Below, one piece after another: positions 29,562 through 38,014 of a DNA stretch of 64,000 nt. The translations under genes and the position numbers were made by a program. The DNA comes from an uncultured Bdellovibrionales bacterium (GTDB lineage Bacteria > Patescibacteriota > Minisyncoccia > Moranbacterales > UBA1568), in assembly GCA_964348835.1 (NCBI GenBank), contig CAYGEA010000001.1, positions 5,201-69,200 on the forward strand. The letters are read 5' to 3'. Below the pieces are notes generated by a model. The model worked only from the letters and a program-made list of their open reading frames with translations. It was not told where the DNA came from and made no database searches. How positions within the stretch are numbered: the first letter of the stretch is position 1; every line of letters begins with the position of its first letter.

Positions 29562-29573
29562 TCATCGGGAGAG

Positions 29574-30398
29574 ATGCCAACAAAAGAACTGACGATCGCC
29601 ATCAATGGGTATAAGAGTCCGGAGTTGCTCCGTCTGTGCCTGCATTCCATCGTGGAACATATGGAAGGTACCGCTATCGATTACGAAGTGCTCGTCACGG
29701 ACAGCGCGACAGAAGAAGACACGGAGATACTGATGCGGGAAGAATTTCCGGAGATCAGATTTTTTCCTTTCCGGAAAAACGTCGGTTTCGTAGCCATGGT
29801 AAATAAGTCGCTCGAAGAAGCGCACGGAAAATATATCTTTCTCATCAACAGCGACATCATCCTCACTCCGGACGCGGTGCCAAAAATGCTCGCATATTTG
29901 AGAGCGCATCCGGATATCGGCGTACTCAGCCCCAAACAGATGAACTTCAACGGGACGCTCCAGCCGAGCTGTTTCCGTTTCTACCAGCCACTCACCATCG
30001 TCTATCGTCGGACCTTTCTCGGAAAGTTTGCTTTTGCCAAACGTCACATCGACTGGTTCACTATGGCAGACTACGACAAGAAAGAACCCCGCGCTGTCGA
30101 TTGGCTGATGGGATCGGCAATGCTCGTATCACAAGAAGCGGTCGCGCGTGTCGGGATGATGGACCAGCGTTTTTTTATGTATATGGAGGACGTCGACTGG
30201 TGCCGACGCTTCTGGGAGCAGGGGTTGCGCGTCGTCTATTATCCGGAAGTATTCGTCTATCATTACCACGGCAAGGGGAGCGCCAAAGGAGGATTCATCG
30301 GTTCGCTTCTCTTCAACAAGCTCACGTGGTATCATATCCGAAGTGCTCTGCAATACTTTTGGAAATACCGTGGCAAATCTCTGCCACATAACGGATAA
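29574..30398 (+). CDS. GT2 family glycosyltransferase (WbbL/rhamnosyltransferase-like)
   Basis: Contains LTIAINGYKSPELLRLCLHSI and DWLMGSAMLVSQEAV...FFMYMEDVDWCRRFWEQG, as seen in cytoplasmic GT2 rhamnosyl/galactosyl transferases. 274 aa. Confidence 0.7.
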   Translation: MPTKELTIAINGYKSPELLRLCLHSIVEHMEGTAIDYEVLVTDSATEEDTEILMREEFPEIRFFPFRKNVGFVAMVNKSLEEAHGKYIFLINSDIILTPDAVPKMLAYLRAHPDIGVLSPKQMNFNGTLQPSCFRFYQPLTIVYRRTFLGKFAFAKRHIDWFTMADYDKKEPRAVDWLMGSAMLVSQEAVARVGMMDQRFFMYMEDVDWCRRFWEQGLRVVYYPEVFVYHYHGKGSAKGGFIGSLLFNKLTWYHIRSALQYFWKYRGKSLPHNG

Positions 30399-30406
30399 TA
30401 CTGCCT

Positions 30407-31714
30407 ATGGAACCAACATCTGCCAAAGACCAAACGCCGACAGAAACCCTCCGCCAGTATGAGCGCGGACACAGGATCTTCAAAAAATCCTTTGTTTTTT
30501 TCTTGGTGTTCTTTCTTATCGGTCTGGCTTTTTGGAGCGGCTATGAGCGAGGTAAAGATACGCTGGCTACCAGCGCGGAGTCGGATACCCTGCTCTCACC
30601 AGAAGACGCCGTCATCCTCAACAAAAACAATCCGGACAAGACGGTGGATTTTGCACTGTTTTGGAAAGTCTGGGGACTCCTCAAAGACAAATACGTCGAT
30701 GGGGGGAAGCTTGATGCCAACGAGCTCTTTTATGGCGCCATCGATGGGATGCTGGCCGCGACCGGCGATCCCTACACGACATTCTTCGATCCCAAAGAAC
30801 AGAAGGAATTTCAGGAAGAGATTTCCGGTGTTTTTGAGGGTATCGGCGCTGAAATGGGGATAAAAGACAAAGTCTTGACGATCATCGCTCCGCTCGAAGG
30901 AATGCCCGCCGAAAAAGCCGGGTTGATGGCAGGTGACAAGATTCTAAAGATAGATGACCAAAGTACGACTCTCTTGTCTCTTGAGGAAGCGGTGAGCAAG
31001 ATCAGGGGAACCAAAGGAACAGAAGTCACACTCACCCTGTTCCGTGATGGTGATGAAGAATCCCACGATATTACCGTCAAGCGCGATACCATCCTCGTCA
31101 AAAGCGTACGTTTCGAGATGAAGGAAGATACCATCGCCTTTATCCGGGTTAGCCGTTTCGGCGATGATACGGAGCGCGACTGGAAGACAGCCGTCAGACA
31201 GGCACTCGATCAGAAAGCGACTGGACTGATCATCGATATGCGTAATAATCCCGGCGGATTCCTTGAAACGTCCATCGAGATGGCCAGCCTGATGTTGCCG
31301 AAAGGCAATGTGGTGGTGATGGAAGAAGACGGATCCGGAAAACGCAAAGAGATGAAAGCCCGCGGAGGAGATGTGCTGTCTCAGATACCGACCGTCGTCC
31401 TCATCAACGAGGGGAGCGCCAGCGCCTCAGAAATCCTAGCGGGAGCGCTTCGCGACAACCGCGATAACGTCACCATCGTCGGCAAGAAATCATTTGGTAA
31501 AGGCTCTGTGCAGGAACTCATTTCTGTCAGCAAAGATACTTCCGTAAAAATCACCGTCGCCCGCTGGCTGACACCGGCCGGTCATCAGATCAATACCGTC
31601 GGCATCAGTCCTGATGTCGAAGTCACCATCACTCGTGATGATCTCGACAACAAGCGCGACCCACAGCTGGACAAGGCTTTGGAAATCCTTAAGGGACAGA
31701 ATAAGGAATCATAA
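30407..31714 (+). CDS. ctpA: Carboxy-terminal processing protease (S41 family, PDZ domain)
   Basis: PDZ region GDKILKIDDQST, then the S41 catalytic block NEGSASASEILAGAL and FGKGSVQ. Has an N-terminal TM. Confidence 0.8.
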   Translation: MEPTSAKDQTPTETLRQYERGHRIFKKSFVFFLVFFLIGLAFWSGYERGKDTLATSAESDTLLSPEDAVILNKNNPDKTVDFALFWKVWGLLKDKYVDGGKLDANELFYGAIDGMLAATGDPYTTFFDPKEQKEFQEEISGVFEGIGAEMGIKDKVLTIIAPLEGMPAEKAGLMAGDKILKIDDQSTTLLSLEEAVSKIRGTKGTEVTLTLFRDGDEESHDITVKRDTILVKSVRFEMKEDTIAFIRVSRFGDDTERDWKTAVRQALDQKATGLIIDMRNNPGGFLETSIEMASLMLPKGNVVVMEEDGSGKRKEMKARGGDVLSQIPTVVLINEGSASASEILAGALRDNRDNVTIVGKKSFGKGSVQELISVSKDTSVKITVARWLTPAGHQINTVGISPDVEVTITRDDLDNKRDPQLDKALEILKGQNKES

Positions 31715-31939
31715 TACTCCTACCTTTTACTGAGAGGAGTTTCTCGATCGCAAGCAACCTTCCCGGGAGCCAGTCATTCATCCAGCGATGAATTCCCTTA
31801 TGAAATTTTTTCGATCCGTCCCGCCAAAGCGGTACGGCACCATGCTCGAAAAAACTTCAACTCTCCCAGAAAGATTCTTGCGACGGGAAACTTTCCTGAC
31901 AGACATTTTGCAATATCCGGGTAAAATTTTGGTATCACA

Positions 31940-32102
31940 TACGTACACAAAAGATTTTTTCAGCTCTCGCTCTACCTGTTTGAAGAAAGGCTCTCGGTTC
32001 GGAAAAAAGAGCTTCTCCGCCGTTGATTGGGGGCTGATTTTTCCGCTAACCGAGAGCCTTGATGAGTCTAGAGCGGAGATGAAAAAATCTTTTGTGTACG
32101 TA
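31940..32102. repeat. ~165-bp extended nested palindrome (MITE-like or structured-RNA-like element) in the ctpA-groES intergenic region
   Basis: The outer 22-bp arms TACGTACACAAAAGATTTTTTC (31940..31961) and its exact reverse complement (32081..32102) are perfect. Inner 13-bp arms are AAGGCTCTCGGTT (31988..32000) / AACCGAGAGCCTT (32048..32060). A further pair is CGGAAAAAA (32000..32008) / TTTTTCCG (32038..32045). Confidence 0.8.
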
Positions 32103-32136
32103 CCCACATATATTAAGAGTAGGTTTGATCCTCTTC

Positions 32137-32174
32137 AGCACTCTGTTGACTTGACTGCTGATAGTGCTTATACT
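32137..32174 (+). promoter_or_regulatory. groES promoter (TTGACT -17- TATACT) overlapped by a CIRCE-like inverted repeat
   Basis: -35 TTGACT at 32146..32151, a 17-nt spacer, then -10 TATACT at 32169..32174. AGCACTC-N9-GACTGCT (32137..32159) matches the CIRCE core AGCACTC-N9-GAGTGCT with one mismatch. An additional AGTGCT sits at 32163..32168. Confidence 0.55.
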
Positions 32175-32205
32175 GGATACATCCATAATCAGTAAAGATA
32201 AAGAT

Positions 32206-32481
32206 ATGTCAAAAACGAATGTCAAACCGCTCGGCGAAAATGTCCTCATCCAGCCGGAAAAGCCGGAACAAAAAACTTCAGCCGGTATCTATCTGCCAGA
32301 CACCGCGAGTCAAGAGCGCTCCCAGCTCGGCAAAGTCATAGCAGTAGGGGAAAGCGACAAGATCAAGGTCAAAGCCGGTCAGAAGGTTATTTTCCGACGC
32401 TACGGAGGTGAAGAAATCAAGATCGAAGGCGCCGAATACCTCATCACCAGCTACAAAGACATCCTCGCTATCGTCGGGTAA
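32206..32481 (+). CDS. groES: Co-chaperonin GroES (10 kDa chaperonin)
   Basis: MSKTNVKPLGENVLIQPEKPEQKTSAGIYLPDTASQE...GKVIAVGE...GQKVIFRRYGGEEIKIEGAEYLI has the mobile loop and roof hairpin. No groEL follows; a terminator and a convergent gene do. Confidence 0.85.
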   Translation: MSKTNVKPLGENVLIQPEKPEQKTSAGIYLPDTASQERSQLGKVIAVGESDKIKVKAGQKVIFRRYGGEEIKIEGAEYLITSYKDILAIVG

Positions 32482-32512
32482 GAGAGGAGAGTGAAAGAAT
32501 CTAGAAATGAGG

Positions 32513-32545
32513 AAAAGAGGCTTAAAATAAGCCTCTTTTATTCAT
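32513..32545. terminator. Bidirectional rho-independent terminator (groES / rhodanese-like convergent pair)
   Basis: aaAAGAGGCTTaaaatAAGCCTCTTttattc is a 9-bp stem flanked by A- and T-runs. Confidence 0.7.
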
Positions 32546-32570
32546 CTTCAAGAATACCGACCCAAGAGTT

Positions 32571-33389
32571 TTACGGTTCCAATACCAGTCCCGATTCGGG
32601 GGCGAAAAGGTTATTGCCGATGAAGGTGCGGGCGGAAAAGATGCCGAGATCAAAGAGGCGCACGCCGGCTTGAAATGCTTCAAGGTCATCTTTGCCATAG
32701 ACGACAATCTGCCGACCCGGAGGAATCTCGCCCGCACGTTTTTCCAACTGACTGAGCGGTATGTTGAGTGCTCCTTTCAAGTGCTTTGCCTTGAAATCAA
32801 CTTCGCTCCGGACATCGAGCAGAGTAATGGAAAGATTATTCTGTCCTCCCGCCTGTTGGTATGCTTCCAGCGTTATAAACGTCACCTTGGACTGATCCAC
32901 AAAAGAGTTCGGATCGCCGACTGACACCAGCGGAGCGTTCGACGCCTGCCATCCTTCCAACCCGCCTTTAAGAAAAAAATAGGGGAAAGATTTCTGGCTC
33001 ATTATATTTTTCGCCGTTTCAAAAACTGGCTGGTCGTCTTCGGAAAAAATAATCACCAGCGTTTCATCCTGCGCCGGAGCAACACTGCCAAGCGCGCCGA
33101 TCGGCACGGAAAGAGCGCGGGCTATATGCGCTTCTTGAAAGGATGCCTCATCGCGTATATCAACCAGCATCAAGGCATCGCCATTCTGCATTTTTTTGAG
33201 AAGCACTGCCGGCTCCATCAGGGGCACGCCTTCTTTTTTATCCACGAGAGCCGGAGGAGTGGACGAGTCGTCCGTCCGTTCATTGTTGAAAAAAAAATTC
33301 TTGCCGATGAAATACCCGCCAACCAGCAGGATGAGCAGACCGCCGATGACAAAAGCCCTCTGATCTCTCGTATTGTCAGGATGTGCCAT
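32571..33389 (-). CDS. Tandem rhodanese-like domain protein, membrane anchored; catalytic Cys apparently absent in both domains
   Basis: N-terminal TM. Two rhodanese-fold signatures are present (LMLVDIRDEASFQEAHIARALSVP; ITLLDVRSEVDFKAKHLKGALNIP). Neither active-site loop contains Cys. Confidence 0.55.
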   Translation of the reverse strand: MAHPDNTRDQRAFVIGGLLILLVGGYFIGKNFFFNNERTDDSSTPPALVDKKEGVPLMEPAVLLKKMQNGDALMLVDIRDEASFQEAHIARALSVPIGALGSVAPAQDETLVIIFSEDDQPVFETAKNIMSQKSFPYFFLKGGLEGWQASNAPLVSVGDPNSFVDQSKVTFITLEAYQQAGGQNNLSITLLDVRSEVDFKAKHLKGALNIPLSQLEKRAGEIPPGRQIVVYGKDDLEAFQAGVRLFDLGIFSARTFIGNNLFAPESGLVLEP

Positions 33390-33404
33390 AAATAAATCTT
33401 TTTG

Positions 33405-34457
33405 TTACTGCAAAAAACCGCCGATAATCTCCTTGTTGCCGAGCAAAAATTCCGCGATCGGCAGTCTGGTTTTTCCTTCCAATTGGACTTCTTCGAGAAA
33501 AATAATCCCTGCTCCAGTTTTCACCCCCACTTTTTCTCCCACTTCAAACACCTGCCCGATCGGATGCGCGGTTTGCGGTGATTGTTTCTGATACGTAATG
33601 CGGTGGAGTTTCAGGCGGAGCAGCTCGCCGTCTTTTTTCCAGAAGACAAAGATACCCGGCCAGGGAGCAAGCGCCCGGTACCGATTGTATATTGCCGAGG
33701 CATCGTCCGTCCATATAATATGTCCGTCTTCGCGTTCGATGAGCTGACAGAGCGTGGCAAGAGTATGATCTTGAGGTATCGAAGCGATCTTGCGTCGCAC
33801 CCACAGCGGTATCGTTTCCAAAAGCAGGTTTTTCCCTTCTTCGGTCAAACGAAGGAGAAGCTCCTCTCTCAATTCATCGGCCCCGATAGCAATTTGTTTT
33901 TGAGCGATGATATCTCCGGTATCCATACCCTTATCCATCAGCATTATGGTGACGCCGGTTTCCGTCTCACCGGCAAGGAGAGCGTTTTGCACTGGGGAAG
34001 CGCCGCGCCATTTGGGCAGGAGTGATGTATGGACGTTGATACAGCCGAAACCCGGTATTGTAAGGAGTGTCTGGGGGAGGATTTTTCCGTAGGCGGCCAC
34101 GATGATGAGATCCGGTTTCAGGGCGCGGATCTTATCAATCGCTGTCTCGTCGAGTTTCTCCGGCTGGTCTATCGGCAGTCCGTATTCGAGCGCTTTCTTT
34201 TTGACGGCGCTCTCCGTCACTTCCTGTTTGCGGCCGATCGGACGATCCGGCTTCGTAATGACGGAAATGATATTATATTTCTGTTCCACCAATCCGGAAA
34301 GAAGAGTAGCTGCCAATGCCGGCGTTCCCATAAAAATCACGCGGATTTTCGGCGTTCCGTGAGCGCGTATCTCGTCTCGGACATCTTCGGACAAACCCAA
34401 TTCTGGGATGACGGTATCTTTCCGCTTTGAGCGGAAGAAATCAAGCAAGGCGGTCAT
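33405..34457 (-). CDS. fmt: Methionyl-tRNA formyltransferase
   Basis: Contains KIRVIFMGTPALAATLLSGL...ISVITKPDRPIGRKQ...HTSLLPKWRGASPVQNALLAGETETGVTIM. I reject the long ORF-track N-terminal extension to 34682 because it overlaps def. The start is placed near 34457 (MTALLDFF...), overlapping the def stop by about 17 nt, and is uncertain. Confidence 0.75.
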   Translation of the reverse strand: MTALLDFFRSKRKDTVIPELGLSEDVRDEIRAHGTPKIRVIFMGTPALAATLLSGLVEQKYNIISVITKPDRPIGRKQEVTESAVKKKALEYGLPIDQPEKLDETAIDKIRALKPDLIIVAAYGKILPQTLLTIPGFGCINVHTSLLPKWRGASPVQNALLAGETETGVTIMLMDKGMDTGDIIAQKQIAIGADELREELLLRLTEEGKNLLLETIPLWVRRKIASIPQDHTLATLCQLIEREDGHIIWTDDASAIYNRYRALAPWPGIFVFWKKDGELLRLKLHRITYQKQSPQTAHPIGQVFEVGEKVGVKTGAGIIFLEEVQLEGKTRLPIAEFLLGNKEIIGGFLQ

Positions 34458-34935
34458 ACTTTTTTTCTGAAGAGAGTGTATTTTTCCGCTGTTGTTTTCT
34501 GTGGCGGTTGACGATGAGGATGCCTTCAAGATGATCCACTTCGTGCTGGATGACGATGGCGAGCAGTCCTGTGGCGCGGATTTTCTTCGGCAAGCCTTTT
34601 TCATTTTGATACCGGACGGTGATTTCTTCGGACCTGAGAATAGGGAAAAACTCTCCCGGCAGAGAGAGGCATCCTTCTTCAAAAAGAATCTTTTCCTGAG
34701 AAAGCGAAGTGATTTCCGGGTTGATAAGATAGAATATTTCGTTCTCCACCTCCGCTACTGCCAATCGCAGCGAAAGCCCGATCTGCGGAGCGGCCAAGCC
34801 GACACCGTTCTCTTTCCGCATTATCTTGATCATTTCAGGCAACAACATCTGAATCTCCTTGGTCAGGGGATCCTTCACGCGCTCAGTCTTCTTGAGCAGT
34901 ACTTCGGTTGTGGCGCCGGTCACCAGTGACAGCAT
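34441..34935 (-). CDS. def: Peptide deformylase
   Basis: All three PDF motifs are present: GVGLAAPQIG, EGCLSLPG and HEVDHLEG. Start is at the internal ATG (MLSLVTG...) just downstream of the priA stop. Confidence 0.85.
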   Translation of the reverse strand: MLSLVTGATTEVLLKKTERVKDPLTKEIQMLLPEMIKIMRKENGVGLAAPQIGLSLRLAVAEVENEIFYLINPEITSLSQEKILFEEGCLSLPGEFFPILRSEEITVRYQNEKGLPKKIRATGLLAIVIQHEVDHLEGILIVNRHRKQQRKNTLSSEKKYDRLA

Positions 34936-34939
34936 AATT

Positions 34940-36970
34940 TCAGAGCAATGAAAGTGGATCAATGTCGATACTGTACAGAGCGGTGTTTTTTCGTAAAAAA
35001 GAATGAATATCGAGAGGAATCGGCTGACCTGACGGAATACGCAACACAAGAGTGCTCTCGAAAAATTTTTTCATCCCTTGCTTTTTTGCCGGTTGGGGAG
35101 CATTGAGACGATACTGGCGTTTTCTTTTTCCCTCGAGAAGCAACAGAGAAAGTGAGCGCTCGAGGGTTTCTGCCTTACTATCCGCTTCCTCTTTCGTCTT
35201 GCCCTGACAGGTAAGCGTAATCAACCGGGAGAATGGGGGGTAAGAGAGATCTTCGCGTTCAGCGAGCAATTGTTCGGCAAATACTTCCGAATCGAGCGAG
35301 GCGATTCTCTGGAAAAAAGCGCTTTCCGGATGGAATGTCTGGATGAAAATTTTTCCCGAAGCGCTCTCTTCTCGCTCTCTGAGACGAGCCTGACTTTGAC
35401 TTTGTTTGACTGCCTTGTGGCTAATCTGCCCGATCGCCCGAGTCAAAATATGCGAGAGCTTTTCATCGGCGCGAAAATCAGGAAAAGCAAGCAGGCTATC
35501 CGCATCAATCATACCAAAAAGAGCCATTTTCGGCAAGGTCGGACCCTTGAGTATCATCTGTGTCCCGATGAGGATATCGACGGTGCCTTGGGACACTTGT
35601 TCGTACAAACGCTCCGCACTTCCGGATGCCCGCATGGTCGATCCATCAGCGATGATGACGCGCGCGGAAGGGAAAAGTTTCTGCACTTCGCGCTCGACTC
35701 GTTCCGTACCGAAACCGATATGCCGAAATCCCAAGTGTCCGCAGGAAGGACAGCTGGGGAAAGAGCCGGTTTTGTAGGGACAAAACAGGCAGTGGAATGT
35801 CCCATCTCTCTTTACAGTCAGCGCGTGCCCCGAATGAGGACAACGGATGATGTTTTTGCAGTGTTCGCACACGGAAAAAGCATTCATTCCTTGGCGGTGG
35901 ATATACAAGAGAATCTGTTTTTTTTCACTGAGTGCCGTCCGGATGGCGAGGGTAAGCGCCTGCGAAAGCGGAGAATAATTTTTCTTATACCGTTCCAGAC
36001 GCAAGTTCACCGTTGTAAGTAGGGGACCGAGAGGGGCGGTCTTCTGCGGTGGAACCAAAGGGACATACTGTTGTTTTTTCAGCCGGTAGCGGCTCTCGAT
36101 GCTCGGGGTGCCCGAAGCGAGGAGCAGTTTCGCCCGGTGGAGCAGAGCGAGCTCTCCTGAAACGCGCTTGCCATCATAGCGCGGACTCATATCCCACTGC
36201 TTGTAACTTTCGTCCTGCTCTTCAAGGAGCGTCACCAACTTCAGATTCTTGAAAGGAGCGAACAATCCCTGTCGCGTCGCAAGAATGATATTCACTTCGC
36301 CGCTCTTGATCTTTTCCCATGCCTCAAAATATGGTCCATCCGCCAACTGACTCGAGAGCACCACTATTTTTTCTTGAGATATGTATCGCAGAAAAAGCGC
36401 CTCCCACTCGGGCAACAGCGTCATCTCCGGCACCAAAAACAATGCCTGCTGTTTTTCAACTGCTATTTTTTTGGCGAGGTGCGCGAACAGACGCTGCGGA
36501 TGATTGAGAGAAGAAGTATCGATATATCCCGGCGTCTCTCGTTCCAGCGCGGCAACGTCTTTGAGGATTTTGGCTTCTTCCTTCGTCGGACGCAGTGCCT
36601 CTCTCTTTTGAGCAGGGGAGGAAACGTTCTTTTTTCTGGCTTTGGCGCGGCGCGGAAGAAAATGCCTGAGCGTTTTGCCGAGCGGGGTGAAGTATTCGCG
36701 AGAGATATATTCCGCCAGTTGCAGTTGTTCGGCAGTCAGGAAATCCGGCTCAATGATTGCTCCGACAAACTTCATCCACCCTGGCGCCTGACCGGGGAGG
36801 GGAGCACAGCCAAACACCACTCCTTCCAGAGTTTGTTTGCCAAACGGGATCTTGACGGAAGAGCCCGCTGTCACCGGTACAGCCGAGAGGTAGCTGAAAA
36901 ACGGCGAGCGAACCAGAGGCAAGATCACCAGCGGAGCGATTTCCAGACGATAGAGTGCGGATCTCTTCAT
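34940..36970 (-). CDS. priA: Primosomal protein N' (PriA replication-restart helicase)
   Basis: Helicase motifs, plus the PriA Cys-rich Zn-binding cluster CEHCKNIIRCPHSGHALTVKRDGTFHCLFCPYKTGSFPSCPSCGH. 676 aa. Confidence 0.8.
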   Translation of the reverse strand: MKRSALYRLEIAPLVILPLVRSPFFSYLSAVPVTAGSSVKIPFGKQTLEGVVFGCAPLPGQAPGWMKFVGAIIEPDFLTAEQLQLAEYISREYFTPLGKTLRHFLPRRAKARKKNVSSPAQKREALRPTKEEAKILKDVAALERETPGYIDTSSLNHPQRLFAHLAKKIAVEKQQALFLVPEMTLLPEWEALFLRYISQEKIVVLSSQLADGPYFEAWEKIKSGEVNIILATRQGLFAPFKNLKLVTLLEEQDESYKQWDMSPRYDGKRVSGELALLHRAKLLLASGTPSIESRYRLKKQQYVPLVPPQKTAPLGPLLTTVNLRLERYKKNYSPLSQALTLAIRTALSEKKQILLYIHRQGMNAFSVCEHCKNIIRCPHSGHALTVKRDGTFHCLFCPYKTGSFPSCPSCGHLGFRHIGFGTERVEREVQKLFPSARVIIADGSTMRASGSAERLYEQVSQGTVDILIGTQMILKGPTLPKMALFGMIDADSLLAFPDFRADEKLSHILTRAIGQISHKAVKQSQSQARLREREESASGKIFIQTFHPESAFFQRIASLDSEVFAEQLLAEREDLSYPPFSRLITLTCQGKTKEEADSKAETLERSLSLLLLEGKRKRQYRLNAPQPAKKQGMKKFFESTLVLRIPSGQPIPLDIHSFLRKNTALYSIDIDPLSLL

Positions 36971-37169
36971 AGCTCTATTCTAGCTGGATTAGCCCGTAAA
37001 CTCCAGCACCATAGTACTTTTCTTGCAATTGTAAGAAAAGTACTACTGATAAAAAAGAAAGTTATTGACCAGCAATGTGAAATATGTTTCAATTGTATTC
37101 TCAAGTAAGATGTACTTGCGACTGCACCGGCAGACCTCCGGAATGTACATTCAAAAGAAAGGAAACATC

Positions 37170-37721
37170 ATGAGCGCAAATGGAGTGATGCACGACCGGT
37201 TCAAATTGGTTAACACCTTTGAGATCGTTGTGCCGGAAGGTTACGATCATTACACTCGCTTGGATTCGTTCGCTAAGTCACACAACAAGGAGTTCCAATA
37301 CTTCAACAGTGAAATCACTGACGCAAACTTCCGCTGGGCTACGACGAAACTCAAACCAGGATGGAAGTTCAAGGTGAAGGTCTTCGAGATCAAGGAGATA
37401 GCGAAATCCGAAGACTGCATGGCGAAGCTCCGTTCGGAGAAAGCTATTTTCGTCGGCGCTCAGGGAGCCTCGCTCGTCTGGGAGCAGAAAAAGCAAGAAC
37501 TGCCGGACAATCGGTGGTTCGCTTCCTTCGATGAGAAAGACGCTCTTTGGAAGGATGCCCACGACTACCACAGGGTGCCGCTCGTGGGCCGCCACTCGGG
37601 CGAGGTCTTCAAGTTCGACCTCGGCTACTTCGGGATCGGCTGGATCGACGACGACGGCATCTGCCTCCTCTGCTTCTGCGATGTAAAAAAGCCAAAAAAA
37701 TATCTCGGAAAACTGAACTAA
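37170..37721 (+). CDS. Hypothetical protein (no recognisable domain)
   Basis: The ATG is preceded by AAAGGAAA. About 183 aa. The C-terminus carries a Cys pair (ICLLCFCD). A stem-loop follows. Confidence 0.4.
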   Translation: MSANGVMHDRFKLVNTFEIVVPEGYDHYTRLDSFAKSHNKEFQYFNSEITDANFRWATTKLKPGWKFKVKVFEIKEIAKSEDCMAKLRSEKAIFVGAQGASLVWEQKKQELPDNRWFASFDEKDALWKDAHDYHRVPLVGRHSGEVFKFDLGYFGIGWIDDDGICLLCFCDVKKPKKYLGKLN

Positions 37722-37742
37722 TCAGTTTCCTCTTCAAGCCTC

Positions 37743-37785
37743 GTGCCTCTTACTAAATGTATTTTAGTGGGAGGCACATTTTTTT
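37743..37785 (+). terminator. Putative rho-independent terminator
   Basis: GTGCCTC ... GAGGCAC stem (7 bp, long loop) followed by ATTTTTTT. Confidence 0.4.
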
Positions 37786-38014
37786 ATATAAATACTCTGA
37801 AATAAAAACATTAACTCTCTCTCTGCCAAATTTACATTTATTGGAGAGTAAACTCCAGCTCTGGCACCAGACCGATATTGATTCTTTTTATATATTCTGC
37901 TATAGTGATACATTATCGGAATGAACTGATAATCACTGTAGGTAAACCGTGTCTCAGTGCGTATTGGACATTAACAATTCAGACTTTCAACCCTTACACC
38001 TTACAAGGAGGACA

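Noticed and set aside
31778-32195. Two long ORFs on opposite strands (31778..32107 minus, 31788..32195 plus)
   Set aside because: They are mutually exclusive, span the nested palindrome and have no motifs. The region is better explained as structured non-coding DNA plus the groES promoter.
32571-33389. Calling the rhodanese-like protein a thiosulfate sulfurtransferase
   Set aside because: Neither rhodanese domain retains a Cys in the active-site loop position. I annotated it only as rhodanese-like and probably non-catalytic.
33405-34682. 425-aa Fmt with ~75-aa Ser-rich N-terminal extension
   Set aside because: The extension would overlap the def coding sequence by 240 nt in another frame. 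I placed the start near 34457 instead.
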